A DNA stretch of 52,338 bases from a virus (Duplodnaviria > Caudoviricetes): positions 1 through 52,338 of IMG/VR virus record IMGVR_UViG_3300006638_000005; one strand, written 5' to 3'. The notes beneath the pieces were generated by a model, which ran no database searches, had not been told where the DNA came from, and saw only the letters and a program-made list of their open reading frames with translations. Positions 36,773 to 46,145 of this stretch are shown in pieces (positions within the stretch are counted from its first letter, which is position 1; each line of letters opens with the position of its first letter). The position numbers were made by a program, and so were the translations under genes.

Positions 36773-38344
36773 ATGAGTGAGTCGATCTTCAGCAGTATCA
36801 GCCCCGCCGACCTGTCGTTACCTGCGCGCTTCGACCGGTTCCGTCAGACGCAGCGCGAAGCTCTCGACTGGTTCCAGTCGTCCGACAGCGCCGTGATGGC
36901 GGCGCAGCTTCCAACCGGGTCCGGCAAAACCCTGTTCGCCGCTGCCGCTGCCGCGCTGACAGGCGGCAAAGCAACCTACCTGGTCGCGACAAAAGCGTTA
37001 CAGGCTCAAGTCCTGCGCGACTTCGAAGTATCAGGTATGCGCGACATCCGGGGCCGCGCCAATTACGAATGTAACTCGTACAAAAACTGCGACGACGGGT
37101 TCGACAACGATTGCAGCCGCGCTCAAACAGATGCGTGCCCGTACACGCGCGCCGTCACCGCCGCCCAACTATCGCCGCTGCCCGAGACCAACTACGCTTA
37201 CTGGCTGTACTCGCAGGGTGTCAGGAACAAGGCGTTCGAGGGCACACAGCTTCTTATATGCGACGAAGCGCATAACATTGAAAGTCAGTTGAGCGGATTC
37301 GCAAGCGTAAAGTTGTATGCGAAGGAGCTTAAGAAGCTGGATTGCCCTTACGACGGTGGATCGTCGCTGGACTCATCCGGTGTTGTAAATGAAGAGTCGG
37401 ATGAGTGGAAGCGGTGGGCAATTGATTCCGCCGCCGTGTATGCGAGCAAGGGCGACATCGATAACCTGTCCGATGACGACAAAGACTTGTTGGACAGGCT
37501 GCGTCGTATTACTCGTATGCACGCCAACTGGGTCTGGCAGTTCGACGACCGGGGACACGTCACCTTTGAACCGATACGCCTGTCCGGGTTCACGCAGCGC
37601 CTGTTCGCGGGTGTCCCGCGCGTCCTGCTTATGTCGGCGTCGCTGTCCGAGTTCACGCTTAAGCTCCTGTTACCGCCGGACCTCGCGTACGAGTACCGCG
37701 CCTGGCCGCCTGTGTTCCCGCAGGACCATGCGCCCGTCTACCACATACCGACCGTTAAACTTAACTGGAAGAGTACAGATGAAGACTACAGAAAAGTCAT
37801 TGACGCGGCGGATAGAATTATTGATGATCGAAGAGATAGGAAAACTATCGTCCACTCGGTCAGTTACGCTCGCACCAAACGAGCCATTCAGCATTCGCGT
37901 CACGCTGACAGATTCATCTGGAACGAGGACAGCGCATCGCTTGGACGTTGTCTGGAACGGTTCAGAACCGCCGGCCCTGGTGCCGTCCTTGTAACGCCGT
38001 CCGTAGAGGAAGGATTCGACTTCGCCGGTACCCAGTGTGAAGTCCAGATCGTCCTCAAGTTCCCGTTCCCGAACGAAACGCAGCGCGTCGTAAAAGAACG
38101 CTGCGCCCAGATACCAGGGTATCGTCTCCATTACGCCGCGCAAAAGATAGTGCAGATGCGCGGCAGACCTATCCGGTCTTACTACGACCGTGCCGAAATG
38201 TTTGTGCTCGACAATGCAGTCAAACAACTCAGCGGTCCCGAAGGTCGTTCCTATCTTCCATCGGGTTTCAGGATCTTCACTGTCGCCTCAGTCCCTAAAG
38301 CGCCGCCGAAGATCGATCCAGCAACCATCAGAGAGGAAAGTTAA
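36773..38344 (+). CDS. DinG/XPD-like SF2 helicase with Cys cluster
   Basis: PTGSGKT, four Cys (C..C..C..CPY), DEAH, MSASL, EGFDF and QMRGRPIRS motifs. Confidence 0.85.
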   Translation: MSESIFSSISPADLSLPARFDRFRQTQREALDWFQSSDSAVMAAQLPTGSGKTLFAAAAAALTGGKATYLVATKALQAQVLRDFEVSGMRDIRGRANYECNSYKNCDDGFDNDCSRAQTDACPYTRAVTAAQLSPLPETNYAYWLYSQGVRNKAFEGTQLLICDEAHNIESQLSGFASVKLYAKELKKLDCPYDGGSSLDSSGVVNEESDEWKRWAIDSAAVYASKGDIDNLSDDDKDLLDRLRRITRMHANWVWQFDDRGHVTFEPIRLSGFTQRLFAGVPRVLLMSASLSEFTLKLLLPPDLAYEYRAWPPVFPQDHAPVYHIPTVKLNWKSTDEDYRKVIDAADRIIDDRRDRKTIVHSVSYARTKRAIQHSRHADRFIWNEDSASLGRCLERFRTAGPGAVLVTPSVEEGFDFAGTQCEVQIVLKFPFPNETQRVVKERCAQIPGYRLHYAAQKIVQMRGRPIRSYYDRAEMFVLDNAVKQLSGPEGRSYLPSGFRIFTVASVPKAPPKIDPATIREES

Positions 38345-38349
38345 CATCG

Positions 38350-39315
38350 ATGCCAAAAGTATCCAGTGCGCCGGAAGACGCATATAAATTTAAAGGTTCG
38401 TTCGAGGAAGGCTGGGGGGTTGTCACGTCGGCATGCGCCATCGTGTACCAGTTCCCGCCACAAAAGGAAGCGTCGGAAGGTCGTCAGGCCGGTCATCAGG
38501 ACCCGCCCGGACTATTCGCGCAACTGAGTATTCAACGCTACTCGGATGGCGAAGGCAACAAGGCCGCGGCAGCCGAAGAAGAAGTGCTGTTATCCATCGC
38601 GGGCGCCGACAAGATGGACGGACAGCTCAACGCGGTCCATCCCGGAAAGTACGAAGACGGCAACCCGGAGTCGGATGCAACAGATATGGGCGGGTCGCTG
38701 GGCGCAACGGGCGACACCTTGTTCGCGCTCGCCGACGGGTACCAGATCAACGACAATGTCAAGTGGATGCGGTTCTGCGCGTCGCTCGTTGAGAAAGGGT
38801 TCAAGCCCGCGATCCTGAAGCGTACCTACTTTCCCGACATGGTAGGTCTGTATGCGTTCTTCAAGAACGTCACCAAAAAGATGGGGAACTACGACAGCAA
38901 GCTGTTCGTTGTGGACAAGATCGTGCGGTTCCCGTACGAAAAGAGCGCCGGTGCGGCCGGCGACGCGGCGAAGGGGAAGGGCGCTGCCGCGAAACCCGCT
39001 GCTGCCGGTAAGCCTGCCGCCGCCGCTGCACCCGCTGCGACCGCATCCTCATCTGCCGGTACATTCGACGCCGACGAAATCGTCATGGCGGTCCTGACCG
39101 AAACGCTCGCGCCCGCAAAGACCGGACAGACCCTGAAAGACCTGAAGAAAGTCAGGCTGGAGTCGCTTATGGCGCTCAACAAACACAAGCCCGCCGTGGA
39201 CGCGGCCAACAAAAAAGCGGTCATGGACGCAATGACCGAGACCAGGTTACAGGAGATCGGCGAAGCTACCGGCGTGTTCGCGGTAGCCGACGACGGCTCC
39301 GTGACGTTTGCATAG
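38350..39315 (+). CDS. Hypothetical protein, possible ssDNA-binding protein with Ala-rich linker
   Basis: Position in the replication module; composition. Function tentative. Confidence 0.45.
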   Translation: MPKVSSAPEDAYKFKGSFEEGWGVVTSACAIVYQFPPQKEASEGRQAGHQDPPGLFAQLSIQRYSDGEGNKAAAAEEEVLLSIAGADKMDGQLNAVHPGKYEDGNPESDATDMGGSLGATGDTLFALADGYQINDNVKWMRFCASLVEKGFKPAILKRTYFPDMVGLYAFFKNVTKKMGNYDSKLFVVDKIVRFPYEKSAGAAGDAAKGKGAAAKPAAAGKPAAAAAPAATASSSAGTFDADEIVMAVLTETLAPAKTGQTLKDLKKVRLESLMALNKHKPAVDAANKKAVMDAMTETRLQEIGEATGVFAVADDGSVTFA

Positions 39316-39354
39316 GGCGTAGCGACAGGACTTCATCAGGCACCTGTAAACTCT

Positions 39355-39972
39355 ATGCCTACACTCATCTCAGAGACCGACGTGAAGCTGGAGCGCGGCG
39401 ATTTGCTTCGTCGCGTGCCCTTGCCTCGCGCGGTCTCTGCGGATGGGTTCCTGATCGAACCGCCGCGCGCGCCGGGCCTGCACCTGTCCGGGCTGCTGCG
39501 GTACGTGGCGCAAAAAAGTAAGATCACGGCGTACATTAACGACGTAGCCGAAGAAGACCTGCCGATACGCTGGATGCTCGGGCGGGTATTCGAAGAGTTC
39601 GCGGCGTCGCTGTTCCCCGATATGGTCTGGCAGCCGTATGAGTGCCAGTCGCCGTTGATTATGAACTGCGACGGGATCAACGCAGGCGAAAACAACATAA
39701 TTACGATTCGCGAGTTCAAGTTCAACCGCGCGAAGAAATATACGGGCGCGGACCTGCTGAAAAAGAAGACCGTCTGGATGTGGCAGGGCATGGGGTACTG
39801 CCTCGGGTACGGCGCGACGCGCGTCCAGTGGGAAGTCATGTCTGTAATGGAGTGGCCGGACCCGTTGTGGACACAGTATCTGGTCGAGTTCAGCGAAAAG
39901 GAGCTGGAAGGAATGCAGCGCATGATCGACAGCAACAGGGCGGGCGCGATAGAAAGCGGATTCGCAGAGTGA
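39355..39972 (+). CDS. PD-(D/E)XK family exonuclease
   Basis: HLSGL, GRVFEE, CDGI, EFK and WQGMGY motifs. Confidence 0.7.
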   Translation: MPTLISETDVKLERGDLLRRVPLPRAVSADGFLIEPPRAPGLHLSGLLRYVAQKSKITAYINDVAEEDLPIRWMLGRVFEEFAASLFPDMVWQPYECQSPLIMNCDGINAGENNIITIREFKFNRAKKYTGADLLKKKTVWMWQGMGYCLGYGATRVQWEVMSVMEWPDPLWTQYLVEFSEKELEGMQRMIDSNRAGAIESGFAE

Positions 39973-40162
39973 AAGGGTACAGCGAATGAAGATTTACGCC
40001 GATAAGAAAACAATACCGGAAGATCTGCCGTTAAAAGTGGACGTAGTTTGTGTGGACTGCGGAAAGGTACATGCACTTTCCAACTGCGCTACCGGCCAGC
40101 GCTGTATACGCTGCGGTGGACATTGTAAGTGAAGACCACCGCGGAAGGGTACAGCGAATGAA
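39973..40162 (+). repeat. 18-bp direct repeat AAGGGTACAGCGAATGAA (39973-39990 and 40145-40162)
   Basis: Exact match; each copy contains a start codon. Confidence 0.9.
39986..40132 (+). CDS. 48-aa zinc-ribbon protein
   Basis: Hand translation MKIYADKKTIPEDLPLKVDVVCVDCGKVHALSNCATGQRCIRCGGHCK. Confidence 0.6.
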   Translation: MKIYADKKTIPEDLPLKVDVVCVDCGKVHALSNCATGQRCIRCGGHCK

Positions 40163-40313
40163 ACTAAATCTTAATGCAGAGGAAGTTCAACTTGTATACG
40201 ACTGTGTAAAGTCGCGCGCTTTGGAAGCGCTGGAAAAACAGGAAAGCGAAGCTGAATTCGACAGGCTTGACGCTTTACGGGAAAAACTCAGTTATAGAGT
40301 GGAGCGAAAGTGA
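40158..40313 (+). CDS. Hypothetical protein (51 aa)
   Basis: MKLNLNAEE...; GTGA coupling to the next gene. Confidence 0.6.
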   Translation: MKLNLNAEEVQLVYDCVKSRALEALEKQESEAEFDRLDALREKLSYRVERK

Positions 40314-41113
40314 AAACCACCACCGTCACACAGGACAAGCGTGTTGAGTTCGAAGTGCTGACTCCCGGCGCTCCCGACAAGCTATTCATCGGCGTGTTCG
40401 GACGCGCCGGTACGGGTAAAACGCGCCTGATGGCGACAGCGCCGGGGCTCGGCGTGATCCCGTTGCAGCGTAAGACGCGCCCGACTATCGAACAGGTGCA
40501 GCGCGAACTCTACCCGGATCGCAAAATCTACTGGCCTAAGAACGCCGACGAGTTCTACAAGTACAAAAACCCGATGGCTATGTCCCTGATGGACCTGGCC
40601 GAGTCGAAGGCGTTCTATCGCGAGTTAGTCGATAAGGTCAAGTACGCCTGCTGGTCGCTTCTGGACATGCCCGAGGTCCAGACAATAGGGATCGACAGCG
40701 GCTACACCCTGTACCAGATGATTGTCGCCGCACATTACGGACGTAGCAGCAGGTTCAGCGCGGAGAAGACCGCATGGGAGCCGCCGAACACCGAAATGCG
40801 TACCCTGCTCGAATCGCTGCAACGTAAACACATTGTGTTCACGACCGAGTCGAAGGAAGCTTACAACAACAAGGTGGCGCTCGGGTTCGATGAGCCCAGT
40901 GGTTATAAGCAACTCGGGTATGAAACCAATGCGCTCGTGGAGACGCATTACAGCGTCGCGGAAGGCTTCTGGCTCGATGTCCGCATGTCGCAGGACCGGG
41001 CCGCGCTGATGGGCGAGGAAGGACAGCGTCTGCTTATGGGCGAGTTGGTCGAATTCAAGCATCTGGCCGCCGCCCTACGGCCTGAAACCAGTTACGAAGA
41101 TTGGGAGAGTTGA
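40310..41113 (+). CDS. AAA_24 / Sak4-like ATPase
   Basis: Walker A GRAGTGKT, Walker B IGIDS; near a nuclease and an SSB candidate. Confidence 0.7.
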   Translation: MKTTTVTQDKRVEFEVLTPGAPDKLFIGVFGRAGTGKTRLMATAPGLGVIPLQRKTRPTIEQVQRELYPDRKIYWPKNADEFYKYKNPMAMSLMDLAESKAFYRELVDKVKYACWSLLDMPEVQTIGIDSGYTLYQMIVAAHYGRSSRFSAEKTAWEPPNTEMRTLLESLQRKHIVFTTESKEAYNNKVALGFDEPSGYKQLGYETNALVETHYSVAEGFWLDVRMSQDRAALMGEEGQRLLMGELVEFKHLAAALRPETSYEDWES

Positions 41114-41116
41114 CAT

Positions 41117-41317
41117 ATGGCACGCAAGGAACAGGTCACGTGTGACGTTTGCGGCGCGCAGAAGCAAGTCAGCAACCATTGGTTTGTAGCGACGCCGTAT
41201 AAAGGCGGCCTGTTCGTGCAACGCGCAGGTGGTGACCTGATGTCAACGGAAGGTATTGTAGACCTGTGCGGAGAAGGATGCGTTCTTAAGAAAGTAGCGG
41301 AGTTTACAAGTAAATGA
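41117..41317 (+). CDS. Small zinc-binding protein (66 aa)
   Basis: CDVCG...NHWF...DLCGEGC. Confidence 0.65.
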   Translation: MARKEQVTCDVCGAQKQVSNHWFVATPYKGGLFVQRAGGDLMSTEGIVDLCGEGCVLKKVAEFTSK

Positions 41318-42597
41318 CACGAACGGACACGGCAAGACTCAAAGACGAACAGTATCTGGAGCGGTTAAGCGCCGCCATCAACCTGCGCCGACAGGGTTAT
41401 TACCCGGAAGCTCTGAAGGTGGCGCGCGACCTCGTGAAGCTGCGTCCTGAAGAATCGTCGGTCTGGCATACGCTCGGGCAGATCGCCACGTCCACGGGCG
41501 ACTGGCAGGCCGCGCTCGACTGTTTCGGTAATGCCTTACGTTTGCTCGTGGAACACGGCACCGTTTCGACGCATGCGAATCAGTATCAGGCTACGGCGCT
41601 CGGGTACGCGCAGAGTCTGATGCGATTCGGCAGGTTCGGCGAGGCGATGCAGTGCTGGGAGGTTGGCAGGCTGAATGTGAGCTGGAGCCCATGGCCGGCG
41701 ACGAAGTACTGGGATGGCGAATATACCGCCGTGTCAGGAACGCCGAACTCGCTGCTCGTGCAGTGCGAAGGCGGCTACGGCGACGTGTTCATATTCATGC
41801 GGTGGCTGCCGTTGCTGAAGAATCAGTTACTCATCAGGCGCGTCGGCCTTATGATATTCGCGCCCCTGGCCGACTTCTGTGACTGGACCGCCCTGGGAGT
41901 CGATGAAGTCTACAAGGTAGGGCTCGACAAGATCCCGTTCGGGCGCTGGGAGTATAGCTGCTCGATCATGAGCATGCCCGCGGTGTTCGGCGCGCAAGGG
42001 TGGGACGACATACCGGAACCCGGCATATTAGATCCGGGTACTGGCTGCTTTTGGGCAGGGTTGCAGCGTTCGTCGCAACGTGCCGCTGGCCCGTTCAGGC
42101 TTGGCTTCTGCTGGCGCGCCGAAGAGAACTCGTCGCCGATCCGTACCAAGAGCCTGCCGGTCGAAACGGCGAACGATGTCGTGTACCAACTTGAGCAGAA
42201 TCTGTCCAGGTTGGTAACCAGTTTTGAGATTTACTCACTGTCGCCGGAACGCAAAGACTTGTACAACACCGACTCGTTCGAGCATCCTGAAGGCGTCGCG
42301 CTCGAATTCGAGCGCATGCGCGAGTGGCGCGACACGGCGGCGTACCTGTGCAGTATGGACTTCGTACTGACGGTCGATACCGCTGTCGCGCATCTGTGCG
42401 GGCTGCTCGGTGTCCCGGCGCTGGTGCTGGTGCCAAAAGGCGGGTGCTGGCGCTGGCAGACTACGGACGTTACAAAGTCGGTATGGTATGAGTCGCTGAC
42501 CTTGTACCGGCAGCCTGTCGCGCTCGAATGGGATGCAGCAGACATCGTTAAGACTTTGCTTGAAAGGATCGAACCGTTACATGCCGCAAACGCCTGA
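41314..42597 (+). CDS. TPR-repeat glycosyltransferase, GT9-like (GT-B fold)
   Basis: N-terminal TPR helices; EGGYGDVFIFMRWLP; DFVLTVDTAVAHLCGLLG; CWRW...WY. Confidence 0.85.
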   Translation: MTRTDTARLKDEQYLERLSAAINLRRQGYYPEALKVARDLVKLRPEESSVWHTLGQIATSTGDWQAALDCFGNALRLLVEHGTVSTHANQYQATALGYAQSLMRFGRFGEAMQCWEVGRLNVSWSPWPATKYWDGEYTAVSGTPNSLLVQCEGGYGDVFIFMRWLPLLKNQLLIRRVGLMIFAPLADFCDWTALGVDEVYKVGLDKIPFGRWEYSCSIMSMPAVFGAQGWDDIPEPGILDPGTGCFWAGLQRSSQRAAGPFRLGFCWRAEENSSPIRTKSLPVETANDVVYQLEQNLSRLVTSFEIYSLSPERKDLYNTDSFEHPEGVALEFERMREWRDTAAYLCSMDFVLTVDTAVAHLCGLLGVPALVLVPKGGCWRWQTTDVTKSVWYESLTLYRQPVALEWDAADIVKTLLERIEPLHAANA

Positions 42598-43219
42598 ACT
42601 TTACAAGACCGTCCCGAGTGAATGGTCGGATTTCTTCCCTATTTACGACGAGGCCGTTCGTACCGCCCCGCGCGGCTCTATCCTCATAGAGGTCGGGTCT
42701 TTCTGGGGCAAGAGCGTTATTTACCTCGCCGAAGCCGCCAAACTCGCCGACAAAGACCTGCGCGTCTACTGTATCGACATATGGGCCGCGAACCCTTCCA
42801 ACAACCCCGGCATGTTCGACCCGGAGCATGGCGCGAAAGGCCACATTGAACCCGTGATCCACGCGCAGCACCACGACTCGCTGTTCGAAACCTTCGCTTA
42901 CTTCGTGGACAAGACACGATTGTCGCCGGACCCGTTAAGGATCATGCGTATGGACTCGCTCGAAGCCGCCACTATGTTCAGGGGCATCGAAGCCGCGGGC
43001 GGCGACATCCACTTTCTGTTTCTGGACGACGACCACGAGTACGCGCACCTGAAGCGAGAACTCGAAGCGTGGGAGCCCATCATGGGCAAAGACAGCATCA
43101 TCGCCGGCCACGACGTTACCGAGGAGTTTCATGGCGTCGAGGAAGCCGTGCGTGAGTACTTTGGCGAAGGCAATTACAAAGTGGAGTGCGGGCGCTCCTG
43201 GGTGGTGAGGCTGAAATGA
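42581..43219 (+). CDS. Class I SAM methyltransferase (Methyltransf_24-like)
   Basis: IEVGSFWGKS, CIDIW, FLDDDHEY and IAGHD motifs. Confidence 0.85.
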   Translation: MPQTPELYKTVPSEWSDFFPIYDEAVRTAPRGSILIEVGSFWGKSVIYLAEAAKLADKDLRVYCIDIWAANPSNNPGMFDPEHGAKGHIEPVIHAQHHDSLFETFAYFVDKTRLSPDPLRIMRMDSLEAATMFRGIEAAGGDIHFLFLDDDHEYAHLKRELEAWEPIMGKDSIIAGHDVTEEFHGVEEAVREYFGEGNYKVECGRSWVVRLK

Positions 43220-44496
43220 AAGCTCTTATAACCGGTATCACAGGCCAGGACGGGTCGTACCTCGCCGAACTCCTGCTCTCAAAAGGCTACGAGGTTCATG
43301 GCATCGTCCGTCGTATCTCGCAGCCTAACCTGTCGAATATCGACGCGATCCACGACAATCCGTCACTGACGCTGCACACAGGCGACATGACGGACGGGTC
43401 CAGCCTGTTTCGTATCGTCGAGCACGTCCAGCCCGACGAAATCTACAACCTGGCCGCCATGTCGCAGGTACGCGATTCCTACGACCACCCGGAAGTGACG
43501 CAGGACATCAACGCGGGCGGGTTGCTCCGTATTATGGAGAGCTGCCGAACGCTCGGACTGCGTGCAAAAATATACCAGGCGTGTTCTTCAGAAATGTTCG
43601 GGCGTGTACAGGAGACCCCACAGACCGAGACCACGCCGTTCTATCCGCGTTCGCCGTATGGCGCGTCCAAGATCGCGGCGTTTAACCTGGCCCGCGTATG
43701 GCGCGAAGCCTATGGAACGCGCGTCTACTGCGGCATACTCTTTAACCACGAGAGCCCACGCCGAGGCTCCGCGTTCCTGAGCCGCAAGGTTTGTATCGCT
43801 GTGGCTGAGATCGCCACAGGTCGCCGCGACAAGCTGGTGCTCGGGAACCTGTCAGCGAAACGAGACTGGGGCTACGCGCCCGAGTACGTGGAGTGGATCT
43901 GGCGCATAATGCAGTACCTGGTTCCTGACGACTTTGTGATCGCGACGGGAGAGACACATTCGGTGAAAGAGTTCGTCGCGGCCGCGTTCCTGTGCGCGGG
44001 CATACCGGACTGGCGGCGTTACGTGGAGTACGACCGCGACCTGACCCGGCCCGCCGAAGTGGACCTGTTATGCGGCGATGCGTCCAAAAGCAGACGCGTT
44101 CTCGGGTTCGAACCGAAGGTAAAGTTCGCGGAGCTGGTGAAGATCATGGTTGACGCCGAACTTCGAAAGTTGTCGCCGTTATCGGTGCCGTCGGGCCATA
44201 GCGACGACCGCCGCTACCTGTATACGTTTCCCGAAGCGAAGCTGATAACGGTAAAACAGGATTGCACGCTGGGCGCGCATTACCACAAACGAAAGACCGA
44301 GTTGTTCATGCTGTCCGAAGGCTGCGGCACGCTGGTGCTGGAAGCTGAAGAGATCCTGATGGAGATCGGAAAAATATACACCGTCAATCCAGGCACGCTG
44401 CACACTTTCAAGCTGCAGGCGGGCAGCGTACTTGTCGGACTCAACAGCACCGTATACGACCCGTCCGACGACTACAAAGTGGAGTTTACAAAATGA
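43216..44496 (+). CDS. gmd: GDP-mannose 4,6-dehydratase fused to a C-terminal cupin domain
   Basis: GITGQDGSYLAE, YNLAAMS, SSEMFG, YPRSPYGASK, FNHESPRRG and RDWG motifs; tail DDRR...GAHYHKRKTELF...H. Confidence 0.92.
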   Translation: MKALITGITGQDGSYLAELLLSKGYEVHGIVRRISQPNLSNIDAIHDNPSLTLHTGDMTDGSSLFRIVEHVQPDEIYNLAAMSQVRDSYDHPEVTQDINAGGLLRIMESCRTLGLRAKIYQACSSEMFGRVQETPQTETTPFYPRSPYGASKIAAFNLARVWREAYGTRVYCGILFNHESPRRGSAFLSRKVCIAVAEIATGRRDKLVLGNLSAKRDWGYAPEYVEWIWRIMQYLVPDDFVIATGETHSVKEFVAAAFLCAGIPDWRRYVEYDRDLTRPAEVDLLCGDASKSRRVLGFEPKVKFAELVKIMVDAELRKLSPLSVPSGHSDDRRYLYTFPEAKLITVKQDCTLGAHYHKRKTELFMLSEGCGTLVLEAEEILMEIGKIYTVNPGTLHTFKLQAGSVLVGLNSTVYDPSDDYKVEFTK

Positions 44497-45371
44497 ACGT
44501 CGTTACCGTCAACCTGTTTAAACGCCCGTTCCACGCGCGCTTGTGCCTTGAAGCGCTGTCACGTGCGCAGCGCTGGTCGGCGACAGCGGAGTCACGGGGC
44601 TGGGCCGGCGTTATAGCCGTGTGCCTCGCGGCGAACGCATTCGAACACCCGCACGTAATAGCCGAAGCGGAAGGCGTCGTCGCGCGCAACCCGGACGTGC
44701 CGTTCGAGTTCTGGCACGCGTCGCACACGCCCAGTAACCCGCACGCCATGAGCAAATGGATGCTCGACAGGGCGTTCGCGGCGGGCGCGGACATGGCATT
44801 GTATGTGGAAGACGACGCGGTAATGGCGCCGGATGCGTTCCTGATGTGCGAGTGGACGCGCAACGCCGCTAACGGCCTGTTTGCCGGTCCTGCCGGGTTA
44901 CAGCATGACGTGCCTATACTCGGCTGCTGCCTGTATCACGAAACCATTCCGGCGCAGTACATAGCCGAAGGACGCCCTGAAGGCCCGGACGCGCGCCTGC
45001 TCCATATGTCCAATGGGCTTAATACGTGCGGCGGTACCGCGTTCCTGCGCGACCCGTACCTGCACTATCTGCAGAAGAACTGGAACTGCAAGACGCTTGA
45101 GCCTAAAGGGTTTGACTACTCCGCGCATTACCTGATGTATGTGAACAGCCTTTTCATGGTGTGGCCGGACCTGTCACGGTCGCATAACACCGGGTATGAG
45201 CTGGGCTCTATATCGCAGCCGAACTGGGCGCAGTATTTTGGCAAGTCCATCTGGACGCATACACCACAGGCGGCGCGCGACTGGCGCGAGTTCAGGATGG
45301 ATGGCGCGGTGCCGCGGCGTCATATGGAACCGTGGATGGAAGCGGAGCTGCGAAAGGACGGGTTGCTCTAA
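44493..45371 (+). CDS. GT-A fold glycosyltransferase
   Basis: FKRP start, YVEDD, DYS and PDLSRSHNTG motifs; similar layout to 46146..46865. Confidence 0.7.
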   Translation: MNVVTVNLFKRPFHARLCLEALSRAQRWSATAESRGWAGVIAVCLAANAFEHPHVIAEAEGVVARNPDVPFEFWHASHTPSNPHAMSKWMLDRAFAAGADMALYVEDDAVMAPDAFLMCEWTRNAANGLFAGPAGLQHDVPILGCCLYHETIPAQYIAEGRPEGPDARLLHMSNGLNTCGGTAFLRDPYLHYLQKNWNCKTLEPKGFDYSAHYLMYVNSLFMVWPDLSRSHNTGYELGSISQPNWAQYFGKSIWTHTPQAARDWREFRMDGAVPRRHMEPWMEAELRKDGLL

Positions 45372-46144
45372 TGGAAATCATCGACTATCTCGGATCGCCT
45401 CTCAAACTCGACACAGGTGGCCGCGTCACATGGCGCGACGTGCCCGGCTGGATGGACTTTTTCGACCTGTACGATGAGGTCGCCATGACGACGCCGCCTT
45501 ACTCAACCATCGTTGAAGTCGGCGTCTGCTTCGGCAAGTCGCTCCTGTATCTCGCGCAGAAGATACGCGAATCGGGCAAGGACATTAAGCTGGTCGCCGT
45601 GGACGGCTGGCGCGACTATCCCGGTCACAAGTTCATTTACGACCCGGAGGACTCCGACGCCAACGTCGCGGCTGTCAGCGACCTGTCCAAAGCGGAACAG
45701 GATGCCTACGCTTATGCGCGTAAGTTCGGCGGCACCTATCAGGCGTTCATGTACAACCTGCGCTCGTCCGGGTTCGCCGACATGGTGCAGGTGGTCAGGA
45801 GCGACAGCGCCGCCGCCGCGTCCATGTTCACGGAAGCGCCGCCATACTTTGTCTTTATAGACGCGGACCACGAGTACGCGCCCGTCAAGGCTGACATCGA
45901 CGCATGGTGGGCCACAGGACCCGAGTGGATGGCCGGGCACGACTACAATCGCGGCAGCGACATAAACTTCCCCGGCGTCTGGCAGGCGGTACACGAAAAG
46001 TGGGGTGAGCGTAACGTCGGGTGGCGCAACCACACGTGCTGGACGGTGCGGCGCAGTCATCTGGAGCGGCCCGACGCGCTATACAGGCTGTCGCCGCCCG
46101 TACAGGAGTCGATGACGGCACGAGAGTACGCGGAGCGCCCCTGA
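45371..46144 (+). CDS. Class I SAM methyltransferase (Methyltransf_24-like), paralog of 42581..43219
   Basis: VEVGVCFGKS, AVDGW, FIDADHEY and MAGHDY motifs; TAATG coupling. Confidence 0.85.
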   Translation: MEIIDYLGSPLKLDTGGRVTWRDVPGWMDFFDLYDEVAMTTPPYSTIVEVGVCFGKSLLYLAQKIRESGKDIKLVAVDGWRDYPGHKFIYDPEDSDANVAAVSDLSKAEQDAYAYARKFGGTYQAFMYNLRSSGFADMVQVVRSDSAAAASMFTEAPPYFVFIDADHEYAPVKADIDAWWATGPEWMAGHDYNRGSDINFPGVWQAVHEKWGERNVGWRNHTCWTVRRSHLERPDALYRLSPPVQESMTAREYAERP

Positions 46145-46145
46145 C

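Noticed and set aside
39355-39972. Cas4 or CRISPR-associated nuclease
   Set aside because: It lacks the four-Cys Fe-S pattern, and I saw no repeat-spacer array or cas genes; an ordinary PD-(D/E)XK nuclease is the simpler call.
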